A DNA stretch of 64,000 nt from Ranitomeya imitator (GCF_032444005.1 NC_091283.1:35712001-35776000), one strand, 5' to 3'; shown: positions 12,249 through 26,112, numbered from the stretch's first letter. Program-made: numbers and translations. Notes: a model not told the origin generated them from the sequence alone.

Positions 12249-15200
12249 ATGGGATCTGGATCTATAGACCCCCTGGAGCTCCTGAAGGGGCTAGATTGTT
12301 TCCTTGGGCAGGAAGGAGAAGTGAAAGCTGTTGATGCCATGACCAAGATTTACAAGTAGGTTCATGTAGATTATCAACATTTTATTTTTATTTTGTCTTG
12401 TGTTTGATGCTTTGTTCATCTCTTAACATTTCCCACTGTCTTTCTCAGCTTAATGAAAGAATCTAAAAAGCTGGTGAGCCGATGTATCTACCTTAACATC
12501 ATCCTTCAGACGCAAGCCCCAGAAATTCTCTCCAAGTAAGGCGCCCACTTTTAAGACTATTTGGAAGTGTTTTTAATGTGTTGGGTTTGTATGGGGGGGG
12601 TTGTTTTTATCACATTTTGTTTTAGATGCACACGCAAATCTGCAACGCTCATACAGAGACACAGTAAAAAAAAAAATGTTACATACAACCTCCATGGGTT
12701 CATATCGACTCCACTTGGCCCAAATCCAACATGAGCCCGCACTGATGCTGTTTAATATTAGTTTACTTTGTGCATTTTGCCATTAAATTTAATAACAAGA
12801 CTGTAGACCAGATCCAGTGGATTAACTGTCTGACTTCTTCCTTTCAGGTTTATTCGTGTTGGTGGATACAAGTTGCTAAATAATTGGCTGACTTATGCCC
12901 GCACCAATAACAACAGCCCGCTGCTCCACCAGATCCTCCTTACTCTGCAGCACTTACCTCTGACCGTGGACCACCTGAAAATGGTAAAGAGACCCTAATT
13001 CCATTTATGCCCACTCAAGACTTACATTGGCAGAAATTCTTGCAGTAGATCTGCCACATGTGAATGTATGCTGAACCTGCCCACATAAGATCACGGTCTC
13101 AGCCGACGGCTAGCAAAAACATCTTTTCCCATATGCATGAGCATTTGGCCTTGCTGATGGGGAGAGAGGAGAAAGCTGCTGCCGGACATCGCTTATCTCC
13201 CTGGAAAACAAAAGGGATTGGGTGCTTCAATTCAGACAACTAGATCCTTCTGTCCCCCAACATCTGTCAGGGAAATTCAGGAGGCCCCAATACACATCTG
13301 CAACACCTAAACATTTTTTTTGTTTGTTATAAGAATGTACCATTAAAGGGAACCTGTCGCCCCCAAAATAGAGGGTGAGGTAAGCCCACCGGCATTAGGG
13401 GCTTATCTACAGCATTCTGTAATGCTGTAGATAAGCCCCCCTAAATCCTGAAAGCTGAGAAAAAGAGGATTGATTATACTCACCCAGGGGCGGTCCTGCT
13501 GCTGGGGCGGTCCCGCTGCTGGTCCGGTCCGGCGCCTCCTATCTTCATCAGATGACGTCCTCTTCTTGTCTTGACGCTGCGGCTCCGGCGCAGGCGTACT
13601 TTGTCTGCCCTGTTGAGGGCAGAGCAAAGTCCTGCAGTGCGCAGGTGCACTGTAGTACTTTGCTCTGCCCTCAACAGGGCAAAGTGCGCTGGAGCCGCAG
13701 CGTGAACACCAGAAGAGGACGTCATCGTAAGAAGATGGGAGGCCCCGGACCGTGACGCCCATCGGATCGGACCGACCCCCCCCCCAGGTGAGTATAATCT
13801 AACCTTTTTTTCTCATCTTTTAGGATATATCGGGGGGCTTATCTACAGCATTACAGAATGCTGTAGATAAGCCCTTGATGCCGGCGGCCTTAGCTCACCG
13901 TTTATTTTGGGGGTGACAGATTCCCTTTAAAGATAGATATTTTGTATTCTCTAACATTTTACTTTATCTTCACAGAACAACACTGCAAAGTTAGTCAAGC
14001 AGCTCAGCAAAACCAGCGAGGTTGAAGGTAAGATATGAAGCACGGGCAGCTGATGCAACCTGTTGCATCTCATGGGCTAATAGTTAGAATGGTTTTCTTG
14101 ATTTTTCTCTGTTGTTTCAGAGCTTCGGATGTTAGCAGGGGTTTTGGTCGGCGCCTGGATGACTGTTATCCGAACCCAGAGCAACCTCCTACCTCCAGGT
14201 AAGATGAAAATGCTTTATGCCAAGCCGAAGAAATACTTTTTTTATAACTCGCCTCTGGTATTTCATTGTGTGACTGATCGAAGAGGCCATCCATCCCCTG
14301 TCAACTTGTTTCTTTTTATAATTAATAGAAAAGGACAAAAAGAAAAAGAAAGAAGATGTAAAAGTGCGATCACCCATTGCTGATAGAAGTGCAGAGGCGA
14401 AAGCTGAATCCAGAGTCGATGATCAAGGTGATAAGAAGAAAGAGAAACCAAAGATGCAGCGAACCACAGCCCCAAGTCACGCAAAATTCCGATCTACCGG
14501 TGAGAAGCAGCACTAGAAACATTTGTCTGTGTTTTTTGTTTTTTTTGTTTTTTCTCTCCCAAGTTGTTTGACCAATTACTTTCTTCTTCATCTGACAGGT
14601 CTTGAGGTTGAAGCTCCAGCTCCTGCGCCCAGTAAGAAACCTACTACACCTGTTCCAGTTATATCTGACAAATACTTGAAACCAGTCCCAGTAAAGAGGC
14701 AGGGGTAAGTAGACTGGTGCCGACATCTGGTGTGTTATGTGCTTATAAAGTCATGGTGTTTTGCTAGGATATTTCATCGCTTTATGATAGGGAGGAAGCC
14801 CCCATGATCCTGAAACTGAAGGCGACGCAGCACTTTGTGTTCCTCTACAAACCGTTGTGTTGGTCACATAGTTGGATAGACCCTGTAATTTAGTTACTTG
14901 CTAACATCAAATAGCTTATTGAGAAACACTTTAACTCACTGACATATTATCCCACCAGACCTGTGCCCTCTGCCACCGATGCTGTTCCTGCTGAGAAAAA
15001 GTACAAGCCTCTCAATACCACACCAAATTCTGCCAAAGAAATCAAAGTCAAGATCATCCCTCCTCAGCGTATGTATCACGCCTCTGACACAATCTCTTTA
15101 TTGAAGCCATTTTGTAATATTCCTGCTCCTCTGATCAATAGTTTTCTCTGCAATAAATATTAGTGACTTCCTCACATTAAGTGCTGTAGTTTTTTATGTT

Positions 15201-17192
15201 TTTATGTTCTGTACACTCAACTAATGAATTGCATGATCTCTTCCCAGCTATGGAGAGTTTAGGTTTTCTGGACGCACTAAATTCTGCCCCCATTCCTGGA
15301 ATAAAGATCAAAAAGAAGAAAAAAGCGGTTTCTCCGACCAGTAATAAGGTTCGTAGGTGCAGATTCTCTGCCCAGTTTCCGGACTACGTTGTTACACCTT
15401 GCTCATATCTACATATCTACAGTGTATTATTTCTGTATCTGCAGCCCAGTCCATTTGACATCAAGTCTCCAGGAGATGCCACCAGTGTGAACAAGCCGCC
15501 ATCTCCTGAGCCAGAGCCACCAGCCGAAGTGATGGATGTGGAGAGGCCCGGGACTCCGGTTCCTGCTGTTGAGCTCCCTGAGCCCATGGAAAGTAAGGAC
15601 TCGTTCTGCTGACTTCTTGTCCTTTTTCTTACTTTACTATAGGTCGTAATTGAATCTTATCGATTTTTGTTTTTTAGCTTCTACTTCTGATTTGGCATTA
15701 ACAGAAGTGAAGCCTAACGAGCCAGAAGTCCCACAACTGACAAAGAAGGGAAAGAAGAGGAAAACAGTCAGCTGGCCGGATGAGAGTCATCTCCGGGAAT
15801 ACTTCTACTTTGAGCTGGATGAAACAGAGAGAGGTATGTTTGCTTTCCTCCTCTTAGTGATGTCTTGGGCCATACCTGCTGTGCCCTGTAATCACTAAAC
15901 TTCTGTATCACATCTTTCTTAACAGTGAATGTAAATAAGATTAAAGATTTCGGTGAAGCTGCCAAACGAGAAATGCTGATGGACCGCCGTGCTTTCCAGA
16001 ATGCCCGACGCTTAAGTCACGATGCCATGGAAGAAGTCACACCCTGGGTACTACCGCGTCCCCTGTCACTTCCAGGGGCTCTTGTACAAGTGGGCAACAA
16101 CAGCACTGAGAAGCACACCCAGGCCGAGCGGGAGATGGGGATCCTGCAGGAAATCTTTCTATCCAAAGAGAGGTAGATAAATCACCACTGGATTGTATTT
16201 TTTAATATATAACGTTACTAATTTTTTGTTTTCTCTGCCAAAATGACAATAGTAAGTGTAAATGGTAATTTTATAAATTTTTAATTTTACCCACCAGTGT
16301 TCCTGACACACCGCATGAGCCGGACCCTGAGGCCTATGAACCGTCACCTCCAAAACTCATACCACTGGATGAGGTACAGTGTAACCCGCTATCACTCACA
16401 ATCCTGATGATATCTTCTAGTGCTTTCACAGAAAAATTAATCCTCCTGACCGATCTAAAAGCAAAAAATAACCCAATTTTTTTTTTTGTTAATTTTTTTT
16501 TTCCAGGATTGTTCCATGGACGATGGGTCATATATTGAGCCTATGGATCAGAGCGGAGCTTCTCAATCACCTGACTTGACCGGCGGTGCTAAATTACCTC
16601 CTGTACTCGCTAACTTAATGGGTAGCATGGGTAACACAAAGGCCCAGACAAGTCCTTTGCCAGACGCTATGCAGGAGATCCTGACTTCCATAATGGTGAG
16701 AGAACGTATTATTAGCCTGGGTTCTGGGAGTTCGCTGTCAATACTTTATGCTAATGAATTTTAGTCCATTGGTAACTTTTTGTCTTTCTTTATTTCAGAC
16801 CGCCCAAGGTAATGCTAATACCGAAGATCTGATGAAGCAGCCAGATTTCTCCGATAAGATAAAACTATTTCTTGGCTCACTTCAAAGTCAGACTCATAAC
16901 CAGTCGCCACCAGGACCACGTAAGTATCAGTGCGCTGCATCGGATCAATAGGTCTGCCCTCTTCTGTTACATGGAGAATTATGCAGAAGATATAATTATG
17001 CAAGTAACTGGAATCGGACTAATCTGATATTTTTCTTATAGTCGCACCAGGAATGGCAGGACCACCGCCACCCAACAATGGATTCCCGCCACCAGTACTA
17101 AAAAATCCTCAGCTACCACCACCGCCTCCGCACTTTCCACCCCCCGGGCCTGGCATGCCATTCCCAGGTATGATTTTCCGGTTTTTTTTTTT

Positions 17193-17223
<31 letters not shown>

Positions 17224-19549
17224 TCTTTCCGATTTTGTTTTTCTTCACCCTGTAAATTATTTTTGGAGCCATTTTTTTTTTTTGCCCTCAGCATTTATTT
17301 CTGATTGTAAAGAGCTTTTTCAATAATCTCAGATCTGAAACTCATACAGGTGAAGATGATTATCAGTTTATTGGTTCATATTGGTGCATCTGACTTGAAG
17401 GGAACCTTCCAACTGATTGACTTGGCCCAAACAGCGGACAGTATGAATCGCAGCCTGGCTGTACGATTTCAGCCAGGTATAATTTTCGCTGAAACACTTC
17501 AGTATTTCAGAGAAACTGTGGCCTATAGATCTGGCCGTGGATGATGACTAGAGACTAGACAAGTCTGGCGCTGCTTCCCCGAGATCCACTCCTGGTGATT
17601 GACAGTTCTTTTATAACGAGACCTGTCAATTACCTGTAGCAGTTATGGAAAGCAGTATATTTCCACTGAAATGCCGGAAATATAACTGGCTGTAATCATG
17701 CATACATGCTCTGATTCATAAATCCTCCCAAATAAAAAGTGCAAAAAAAGACAACGTATAAAATTATGTTATTGAAAATAATATAAAGTATAAAAAAAGT
17801 AATATAATCACAAAATATAGCTGATAAATATGGGCACAATATAATGGTATGAAAGGACACCAACCAAAATATTACAAAATACAAAATAATATATAAACCT
17901 CCACACTAATATATCCTAGCACTATTCCAAGAAATGCACAAAAATTGTGATAAAAAGGTTGATAAAAAAAGGGAAATTGATATATAAAGGCCACTCAAAA
18001 GTGCAAAATTGTGCAAAAAATGTGCAAACCAATTGCAAAAAACTGTGCAATAAATACAGCAAATAAAGAATCAAAAAAGCACTGTAAAAATGTGCAACAA
18101 TTATTGAATAATAAGTGCAAAAAGAATTTTTATAACTGTAATCAATACATAGCAAAGTGCAATAGTGCTATAAAAAGTGCAATAACATTAGCAGGCCAAC
18201 ATTGCACAATATAAATAAATAATTTCAATTGCACTTGAGCCCATAAACCTAATAATGCAGCTGATACTATAATAAAAGTGCTTCAATAGGACAAGGAAGG
18301 GCCGGTAACTAGTATACCGCTAACACATTACCATAAGAGTAGATACAATAAGTAAAATCCAGTAACATTGGAGGCTCCACGTGCGCGTAGGGTCTGAGCA
18401 CATGTAGGTATGTGGAGCCTCCAATGTTACTGGATTTGACTTATTGTATCCACTCTGTTATGGTAATGTATTAGCGGTATACTAGTGCACTTCCTGCACT
18501 TTGTTGTCCTATTGAAGCACTTTTATTATAGTATCAGCAAAATACTATCTGATTAATGCTCTGATTCATGCTGGCCTTTCTTCCCTCTAATGAAAAAAAA
18601 AATGTAATTTTGTCTTATAGGACCACATGGACCTCCTGGCGTTCCACCACGGATGATGGGACCACCTCCTCCCCGTGATGGTTACTGGGAACCTCCACCT
18701 AATGACTTGAGAGGCGATCCTCATGAAAGCTTTGGAGGGAGAGGTAGAATGAGAGGAGGAGACAGAGGCCTTCCTCCTCCTCCTCCCCCTCCCCCTCCTC
18801 CATTCCACAGAAATAGGGGCGGCAGAGGAGGAGAGCCCCCCTTCCGAGGTAGAGGTGGACGAGGAGGCGAGAGAGGCCCTCCAGGTAGAGGACGAGATGG
18901 TCCCCATGGAATAGAGCATAGAGGTTACGGTGGAGAACACAGAGGTCACAGTGGAGAACACAGAGGTCATGGTGAACACCGAGGTCACAGTGGAGAACAC
19001 AGAGGTCATGGTGAACACCGAGGTCACAGTGGTGAACACCGAGGACATGGTAAGACTAGCAACCACTGTTATTTTGTTCTCCCTGAAGTTAAAATTTCCC
19101 GTAACTGACTTCGGTGGTCCTACCTCTGGGGGTGACCATATCCCGATCTCCAGCACAGAATGAATGGAGAGGTACCCGCTTACCTGTTTTCGTGACTCCC
19201 ATAGAAGTACACGGAACGCTGCTGGCTCCTCTCCATTTATGAACTCGATGCAGCAGCCAGAAGCTGCTTCTCTGGGCATGGGGTGATTGGGGGTCCCACG
19301 GCCTGCAGATAGATGTGGCTCCCAAGGATAGGATGCGCGTCTTTTGGACTTGTATACATATGTACACTATGGTGGGGATAGCCCTTTTAATACCTGCAGA
19401 TATTTCTGTGCCTTTATAAAACGTTATCTCTTCTGTTTCCAGATAAGTCTTTTCGTGCTGTTTGCCGACACTTCATGTTGAAAGGGAATTGCCGGTATGA
19501 AAACGGCTGTGCCTTCTATCATCCAGGCATCAACGGCCCCCCTCTCTAG
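12249..19549 (+). CDS. PPP1R10: Protein phosphatase 1 regulatory subunit 10 (PNUTS), complete, 18 coding exons, 848 aa
   Basis: Exons 12249-12355, 12449-12535, 12848-12983, 13976-14027, 14121-14198, 14329-14499, 14599-14704, 14959-15068, 15248-15348, 15445-15592, 15678-15833, 15926-16172, 16298-16373, 16507-16695, 16799-16919, 17042-17167, 18621-19049, 19443-19549. All GT-AG, total 2547 nt in frame. Contains [14 protein letters not shown] start, TFIIS-N-like domain, PP1-docking RKTVSW, RGG and GEHRGH repeats, and C-terminal CCCH finger [20 protein letters not shown]. Confidence 0.97.
13347..13926. mobile_element. Kolobok/T2-type MITE in PPP1R10 intron
   Basis: TTAA-AGGGAACCTGTC...GACAGATTCCCT-TTAA; long subterminal inverted repeats. 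Confidence 0.85.
17720..18555. mobile_element. Fold-back Penelope-like insertion in PPP1R10 intron
   Basis: 14-bp direct repeat ATGCTCTGATTCAT at 17706-17719 and 18556-18569. Inverted arms 18260-18380 / 18412-18538. A-rich strand-biased body. Loop holds CGCGTAGGG, resembling the 3' end of a hammerhead motif. Confidence 0.6.
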
Positions 19550-20661
19550 TCAACCTCCAAAGACCTTTTATAATCAGTGTTTTCCTGGATGAAAGCGAAC
19601 AAGTGACTTGAGAATTCTTGTTGGATTTTCGACTTATTATGGCTTCTGTGAGGCCTCCAAACCTCTCTCACCAAGACTAGACCTGAGGAAGGAGCAGATC
19701 ATTCCTGCCTATCTATGCCTCTACTTGAATAACTTGGTATCAAAGCGCCTAACATAAAGCACTGTGTGATTGATTGGGGGAGTGCTGCCTATTTCATTCA
19801 CCACAGATTAGAAAGGATGGGAATTATCCTTCCTCTTAGGTGTCGGATGGACAATGTTGGGGTGGGGGGTGTATGCCACTGCACAAGTAAAGAAATCAAA
19901 TGTGACGGAGAACTAACCTCCCAGATTTTTTTGTTTGTTTTCTGCACCTTTTCCCCGCTTCGATATTATGCTTTTTTCCGACTCTCAGCGACTGTGTCGG
20001 CATACAATATTTTTAGACTAAACACTACGCAACTCAGTGTTGTCTTCAGCTCTGCTTCTTTCTCCAGAGCAGACCTTCAAAGAACAAGTATTACAATGAC
20101 TGAACTTTACACTAAAGACTGGTATCATTAAGGACTCCTTTCCTGGCATTGGAAACCACTGAATATTTTTTGACCACTATATTATTTTTATTTTTTATAA
20201 ATGTGTCATGTCATTGTAATGATGCTGAGCATCTTGACCATGTATATAGTGACCATGCTGCTCTGTGTGATGTACAGGGTATCTATGTACTGATAATGCT
20301 GAGTGTTTATACTGTTGGGGGGTCTACACATGAGGACTTCATCCCCGACAATCTTACAACCAACATTTTGCCGTTCCGATAACCCTTCAATATGGTCTTT
20401 CTCATTAACCCTTCCTTCTTCGCCTCCACAACTTATATATTTAAATACAGTATTAACAGGACAAGCTCCGACCTTTTGTACCCACCGACATCACAGGATG
20501 GGAGCGGGCTCCGAGTCCTATCCTTCATACTTGTTTTCTATGAAAACTGTCTGAGAATATATTGTATTTCTTTTTAAATGTTTTCTTTTTACGGGCACCT
20601 AGTAGGAGCGCCCTGGACTCCATGGTTTTTCTTTTCTCTTTTGTATACTTTGTAAATGATA

Positions 20662-20667
20662 AATAAA
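20662..20667 (+). terminator. Putative PPP1R10 polyadenylation signal
   Basis: AATAAA after a U-rich, TGTA-containing stretch ~1.1 kb past the stop codon. Confidence 0.6.
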
Positions 20668-21626
20668 CCTAATGAGAGGGTGGATTGAAGCAGAAGGTAA
20701 AAGATTTACCGTACCTAATTTCTGAAATTTATAAGATTCCCAAAATGAAAAAAAGGATCTTCTGTAACATCTGCCTAACGGAAGACCAAAGGCAGGAACT
20801 CGACTTTCCATCATCACCAGCCTTTCCTTCTGTCCGCTTCTTGAATTTCAGATGTCACTCTGCTTCCTCTTCCTTTGTGCTCTATCATTCCCATTATGCC
20901 TTAGCAGGGCATCACATGCGCAATCTGAGCTCTGCCCATCTCCTCCTGCTCAGCAGGACAAAGTTTATTCAGGAGATTATAGAAAAGAGGATAATGGCAC
21001 AGACCCCAGAAGAGAATACAATCAGGAGGGAGTCTTAGAAGCGAGACCTTGCATTTTCTATAATAACTCATCCCTGAGCAGAACGTTGTGTAACTTCATC
21101 AGACAACTACGTTAGTGAAATCCATCATTTCTGAGCGCCACGGATTTCCAGGAACAAATACTAGCTCCTTGCATTTATTAATCAGAAGATCTGGAATTTG
21201 CTTCTAGACCCCTTCTTGTTATCTGCCAAGTGTTTATATCAAATGTTTCAGGATCTGGTTGTAATTTATACCCTGGTACCTGATACAGCGGGCAAAGTTG
21301 GGTGCTGGCCATCTAATCCCTTAGGTGCTGCTAATAATATCGAACTCCCTATGTCATGGCAGGATGAACCTAATAAAAGCCCATAGATCCACCACCTGCC
21401 AATCATGCCTAAACCTAGACAGGAATGCTATCGCCATGACTGTAACAGAACTATTAAAATATCACATTTATCCACCTTGTGGTGAATTCAGTAATGGAAT
21501 ACAACAGAATTATCTTCCCAACAAGATGGAATGAGTCCTATCCTCCCCCAAAAAAGACAGACAATCCCTCACACAACTCCAATGATAGTAAAGTTAAAAA
21601 AAGAAAAGTTACGACTTTGCAAGAAA

Positions 21627-24600
21627 CTTTTTTTTTTTTTAACCTTGTTTTATTGAAGATTATACAACATAATGAGATTACACCATAGAGCAAACGGCTT
21701 TTCTCATTGCTCGTTAATAATGTCTGGCAAAGTTAACCCTTATACCATAGGTCTAATATCTTAACCTAAACCATAAGACGCCCATGTCAGGCACCAAATA
21801 TCTTATATTTCATCTTGAGAGAATCCTCCTCGTTACCTGGGGACTGAGTCAAAGGAGAATCAAACCAAGGCCTCTATACCTGATCACATTTTTGAGGACA
21901 AGGTCTATTTTTTATATAGCCCCCTCTGGTAAGAAGCTGCACTACCATACTGACCCAGTGTGAAGTCCACAGGGTCTTCATCCATCTCATGGAGATAATT
22001 TTGCAAGCCAAAAAGAAGTGTGTGAGGATAGTGAGGCCTCCTTATCCTGGTTTCCAAATACACACCTTGGGGCAGAGGGGTACAAGGGATTGTATGATTT
22101 CGATGAGGATAGTTATGGCCTCACTCCAAAAGTCTGCAGTAGACGGGCAAGACCATATCAGAAGTATGAAATCTGCCTCTTCCCCACACCTATGGCAGTC
22201 TGCAGTCGTGGATCTAGCCATTGTATATAACCTGCTAGGAATCAGGTAGCATTGATGAACTATATACATTTGGACTAGCTTGTTCTTAATTACCGTTGTA
22301 ATGTTGTAGGGAGGTCAAGGCCTCGCTCCAATCCTCCTCTGGTAGGGAGTGTATTACTGTCCCCCATTTGGCCTCAACCAACAATGGCAATGAGGAACAT
22401 GGGTGCATGAAAAGGAGATAAACCCCTTGGATCCCTGGCTCCCCTAAGAATCCCAATCAGGGTATGAGGATATGAGTGAATTTCTTAATGCCTGGGAACT
22501 GGATACTCAGGACACAGGTCTTCATTACAGATATCTAAAGAAAGCATGGCTGGGGATTTGATAGAGCTGTTGACATTGAGTAAAGGAAACAAGAACACCC
22601 TTGATATACAGGTCCTTCTCAAAAAATTAGCATATAGTGTTAAATTTCATTATTTACCATAATGTAATGATTACAATTAAACTTTCATATATTATAGATT
22701 CATTATCCACCAACTGAAATTTGTCAGGTCTTTTATCGTTTTAATACTGATGATTTTGGCGTACAACTCCTGATAACCCAAAAAACCTGTCTCAATAAAT
22801 TAGCATATCAAGAAAAGGTTCTCTAAACGACCTATTACCCTAATCTTCTGAATCAACTAATTAACTGTAAACACATGCAAAAGATACCTGAGGCTTTTAT
22901 AAACTCCCTGCCTGGTTCATTACTCAAAACCCCCATCATGGGTAAGACTAGCGACCTGACAGATGTCAAGAAGGCCATCATTGACACCCTCAAGCAAGAG
23001 GGTAAGACCCAGAAAGAAATTTCTCAACAAATAGGCTGTTCCCAGAGTGCTGTATCAAGGCACCTCAATAGTAAGTCTGTTGGAAGGAAACAATGTGGCA
23101 GAAAACGCTGTACAACAAGAAGAGGAGACCGGACCCTGAGGAAGATTGTGGAGAAGGACCGATTCCAGACCTTGGGGAACCTGAGGAAGCAGTGGACTGA
23201 GTCTGGTGTGGAAACATCCAGAGCCACCGTGCACAGGCGTGTGCAGGAAATGGGCTACAGGTGCCGCATTCCCCAGGTAAAGCCACTTTTGAGCTACAGA
23301 GAAGCAGCACTGGACTGTTGCTAAGTGGTCCCAAGTACTTTTTTCTGATGAAAGCAAATTTTGCATGTCATTCGGAAATCAAGGTGCCAGAGTCTGGAGG
23401 AAGACTGGGGAAAAGGAAATGCCAAAATGCCTGAAGTCCAGTGTCAAGTACCCACAGTCAGTGATGGTGTGGGGTGCCATGTCAGCTGCTGGTGTTGGTC
23501 CACTGTGTTTCATCAAGGGCAGGGTCAATGCAGCTAGCTATCAGGAGATTTTGGAGCACTTCATGCTTCCATCGGCTGAAATGCTTTATGGAGATGAAGA
23601 TTTCATTTTTCAGCACGACCTGGCACCTGCTCACAGTGCCAAAACCACTGGTAAATGGTTTACTGACCATGGTATTACTGTGCTCAATTGGCCTGCCAAC
23701 TCTCCTGACCTGAACCCCATAGAGAATCTGTGGGATATTGTGAAGAGAAAGTTGAGAGACGCAAGACCCAACACTCTGGATGAGCTTAAGGCCGCTATTG
23801 AAGCATCCTGGGCCTCCATAACATCTCAGCAGTGTCACAGGCTGATTGCCTCCATGCCACGCCGCATTGAAGCAGTCATTTCTGCCAAAGGATTCCCGAC
23901 CAAGTATTGAGTGCATAACTGAACATTATTATTTGTTGGTTTTTTTGTTTGTTATTAAAAAACACTTTTATTTGATTGGATGGGTGAAATATGCTAATTT
24001 ATTGAGACAGGTTTTTTGGGTTATCAGGAGTTGTATGCCAAAATCATCAGTATTAAAACAATAAAACACCTGACAAATTTCAGTTGGTGGATAATGAATC
24101 TATAATATATGAAAGTTAAATTTCATTATTTACCATAATGTAATGATTACAATTAAACACTATATGCTAATTTTTTGAGAAGGACCTGTATACCTGTGCC
24201 AGTGTCTTGACCCCTAACTTCAACTAGAACTGAGCACCTTGGGAATGTAGCATTTCGGGAAGAGCACTGTTATGCTATAAGGGGGACTCCACTACCGTGT
24301 TCTTTAATTGAAAATGTTTTGGATGGCGCTCCATACTTGAACCACAAATCTGTGAATTGGAAATTCGGATCATGACTATTGCTCTGGTGCCTCAAAGTCC
24401 CCCTGATAGACTCTGAAGACTCAAACAGATGTGTTCAGAATTAGTCAAATGAGTATCTGCTATCCAGTGTCTTAGAAAGCAAAGTTGGCCAACTAAGTAG
24501 TATAAGAAGCAGTCCGGGAGTGCCGCCCCTGCCTCATCCCCGGGCCTCTGAAGAGCGGTCACTTTCAGGTTGTCTGAGCCCCATATGAAGAATGCTAAAT

Positions 24601-25345
24601 GGGAGTTGATCATAGCAAAGACCTTTTGTGGGACTATGGAGGCTGAATGTTCCAGAAAATTTAGGAAATTAGGGAGGACTATCATCTTAATGTCCTTGCT
24701 TTTCCCAGCTACTTAGAGGGAGCGTTCCCCATATTCTAATTTTCTCCCGCAGGTATAACAAAAGAGGGGATATATTTAAATCACAGATTTGCGTGTGATT
24801 TCTTGCTATGTGTATATCTAGATATTTAAAGTTGGGTACTATTTGTAGCATGCAGAATTCATCCCCTGCTTTCCATCCCATAGTGCTTAGAGGTAACCAC
24901 ATGGATTTTGCCAGTGTCATTTGTAGACCGGAGAACCATCCATATTCATCAATCAGATTCATTGCCAAAGGCAGTGTAACTCTTGGAGTAGCCCTAAACC
25001 GATTAAATCATCAGCAATATAACCCCAAGTGGTCCTCACAGGAACCCACTTTAATAACTTGATAGCCTGCAGTCTGCCTGATCCTGACAGCTAGTGGTTC
25101 AATGGCAAACACAAGGGGAGAGGGGGTCTGGTCCCTGTCCCCAAGGAATCAAAGCGGACATAAAACTATTAATCAGGACCTTGGCTTTCAGAGATCCATA
25201 CAAGAATGCAATCCATTTTCTGAAGCCTGGTCCAAAGCCAAATTGTTGGAAGGCTTTCTCCAGATAGGCACACTCAGATGCATCAAAAGCCTTAGCAGCG
25301 TCCAGAGATGCCAAGGCCCAATCGTCCTCTCAATGTTTTGCAGTA
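21627..25345 (-). mobile_element. Degraded 5'-truncated L1-type LINE, interrupted by Tc1 copy 1
   Basis: RT fragments SLDAAKAFD..FGFGPGFRKWIAFLY (25099-25314) and FSGLQMTLAKS..FKYLDIHI..PLLLYLREKIRIWGTLPLS (24687-24968). C-terminal CHRC..LIWSCP..FW motif (22042-22269). Poly(A)/AATAAA on the minus strand near 21627-21657. Confidence 0.75.
22609..24189 (+). mobile_element. Tc1/mariner IR/DR transposon, copy 1 (defective)
   Basis: TA TSDs, ~200-bp TIRs starting CAGGTCCTTCTCAAAAAATTAGCATAT. Transposase split (22875-23324, 23365-23910) by a 32-bp deletion after 23292 relative to copy 2. Confidence 0.96.
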
Positions 25346-26112
25346 TTCCAGACCTTAATCCAACTGAAAATCTGTGGTCAGACTTGAAGATCGCTGAAAG
25401 GTTGACTGGGATCTATTGGGTAAGCTTTCTCCTTGTGAAGTGACATCCCAAGTCTGGCACACCAGCATGAGGACCAAGCCCCCTTGAGACTTTGCCAAGT
25501 CTTCACCCCAGCCTCGCCTCCACCCCTCGAACCTTCCATAGTCCCACCAACCACTCTTGGAAAAACTCCACTTCTGCACCATGTCCTCACCAACCACACA
25601 TGAACACTTCCCATCTAACACCAGATCATATAGGTAGAGAGCGGCTTTTGTTTGGGATAAAAGATTTTTTTAACCTGCCACCATGACAAGGTAGACTTTA
25701 ATTTTTTGTCCGGGCCCAACTCTAATCTATTACACATTTGTTAAAATATCAAATACTCTTTTTAGGTATATTTTTCTTTTTTTTTTATATATATGACCAA
25801 TAATATCACATACAAGAGACAAATACCGTCACACCATGGCCAGACCACATATTACCACCACACAGTAACTGGATAATACTACACACGGGATAAATACCGC
25901 CACACCATGACCAGATCACATATTACCACCACATAGTGACCGAATACTACAATACTTATTAATAATAAGAAAATACAATACTGATATTACCATAAGTGTC
26001 ATTATACACAGGAGCTCTGTATATATTATACAGTGTATAGTGTCAGTGTACAGGTAATACAGTGATCAGCAGTGACATTATACACAAGAGCTCTATATAG
26101 TGTACAGGTAAT

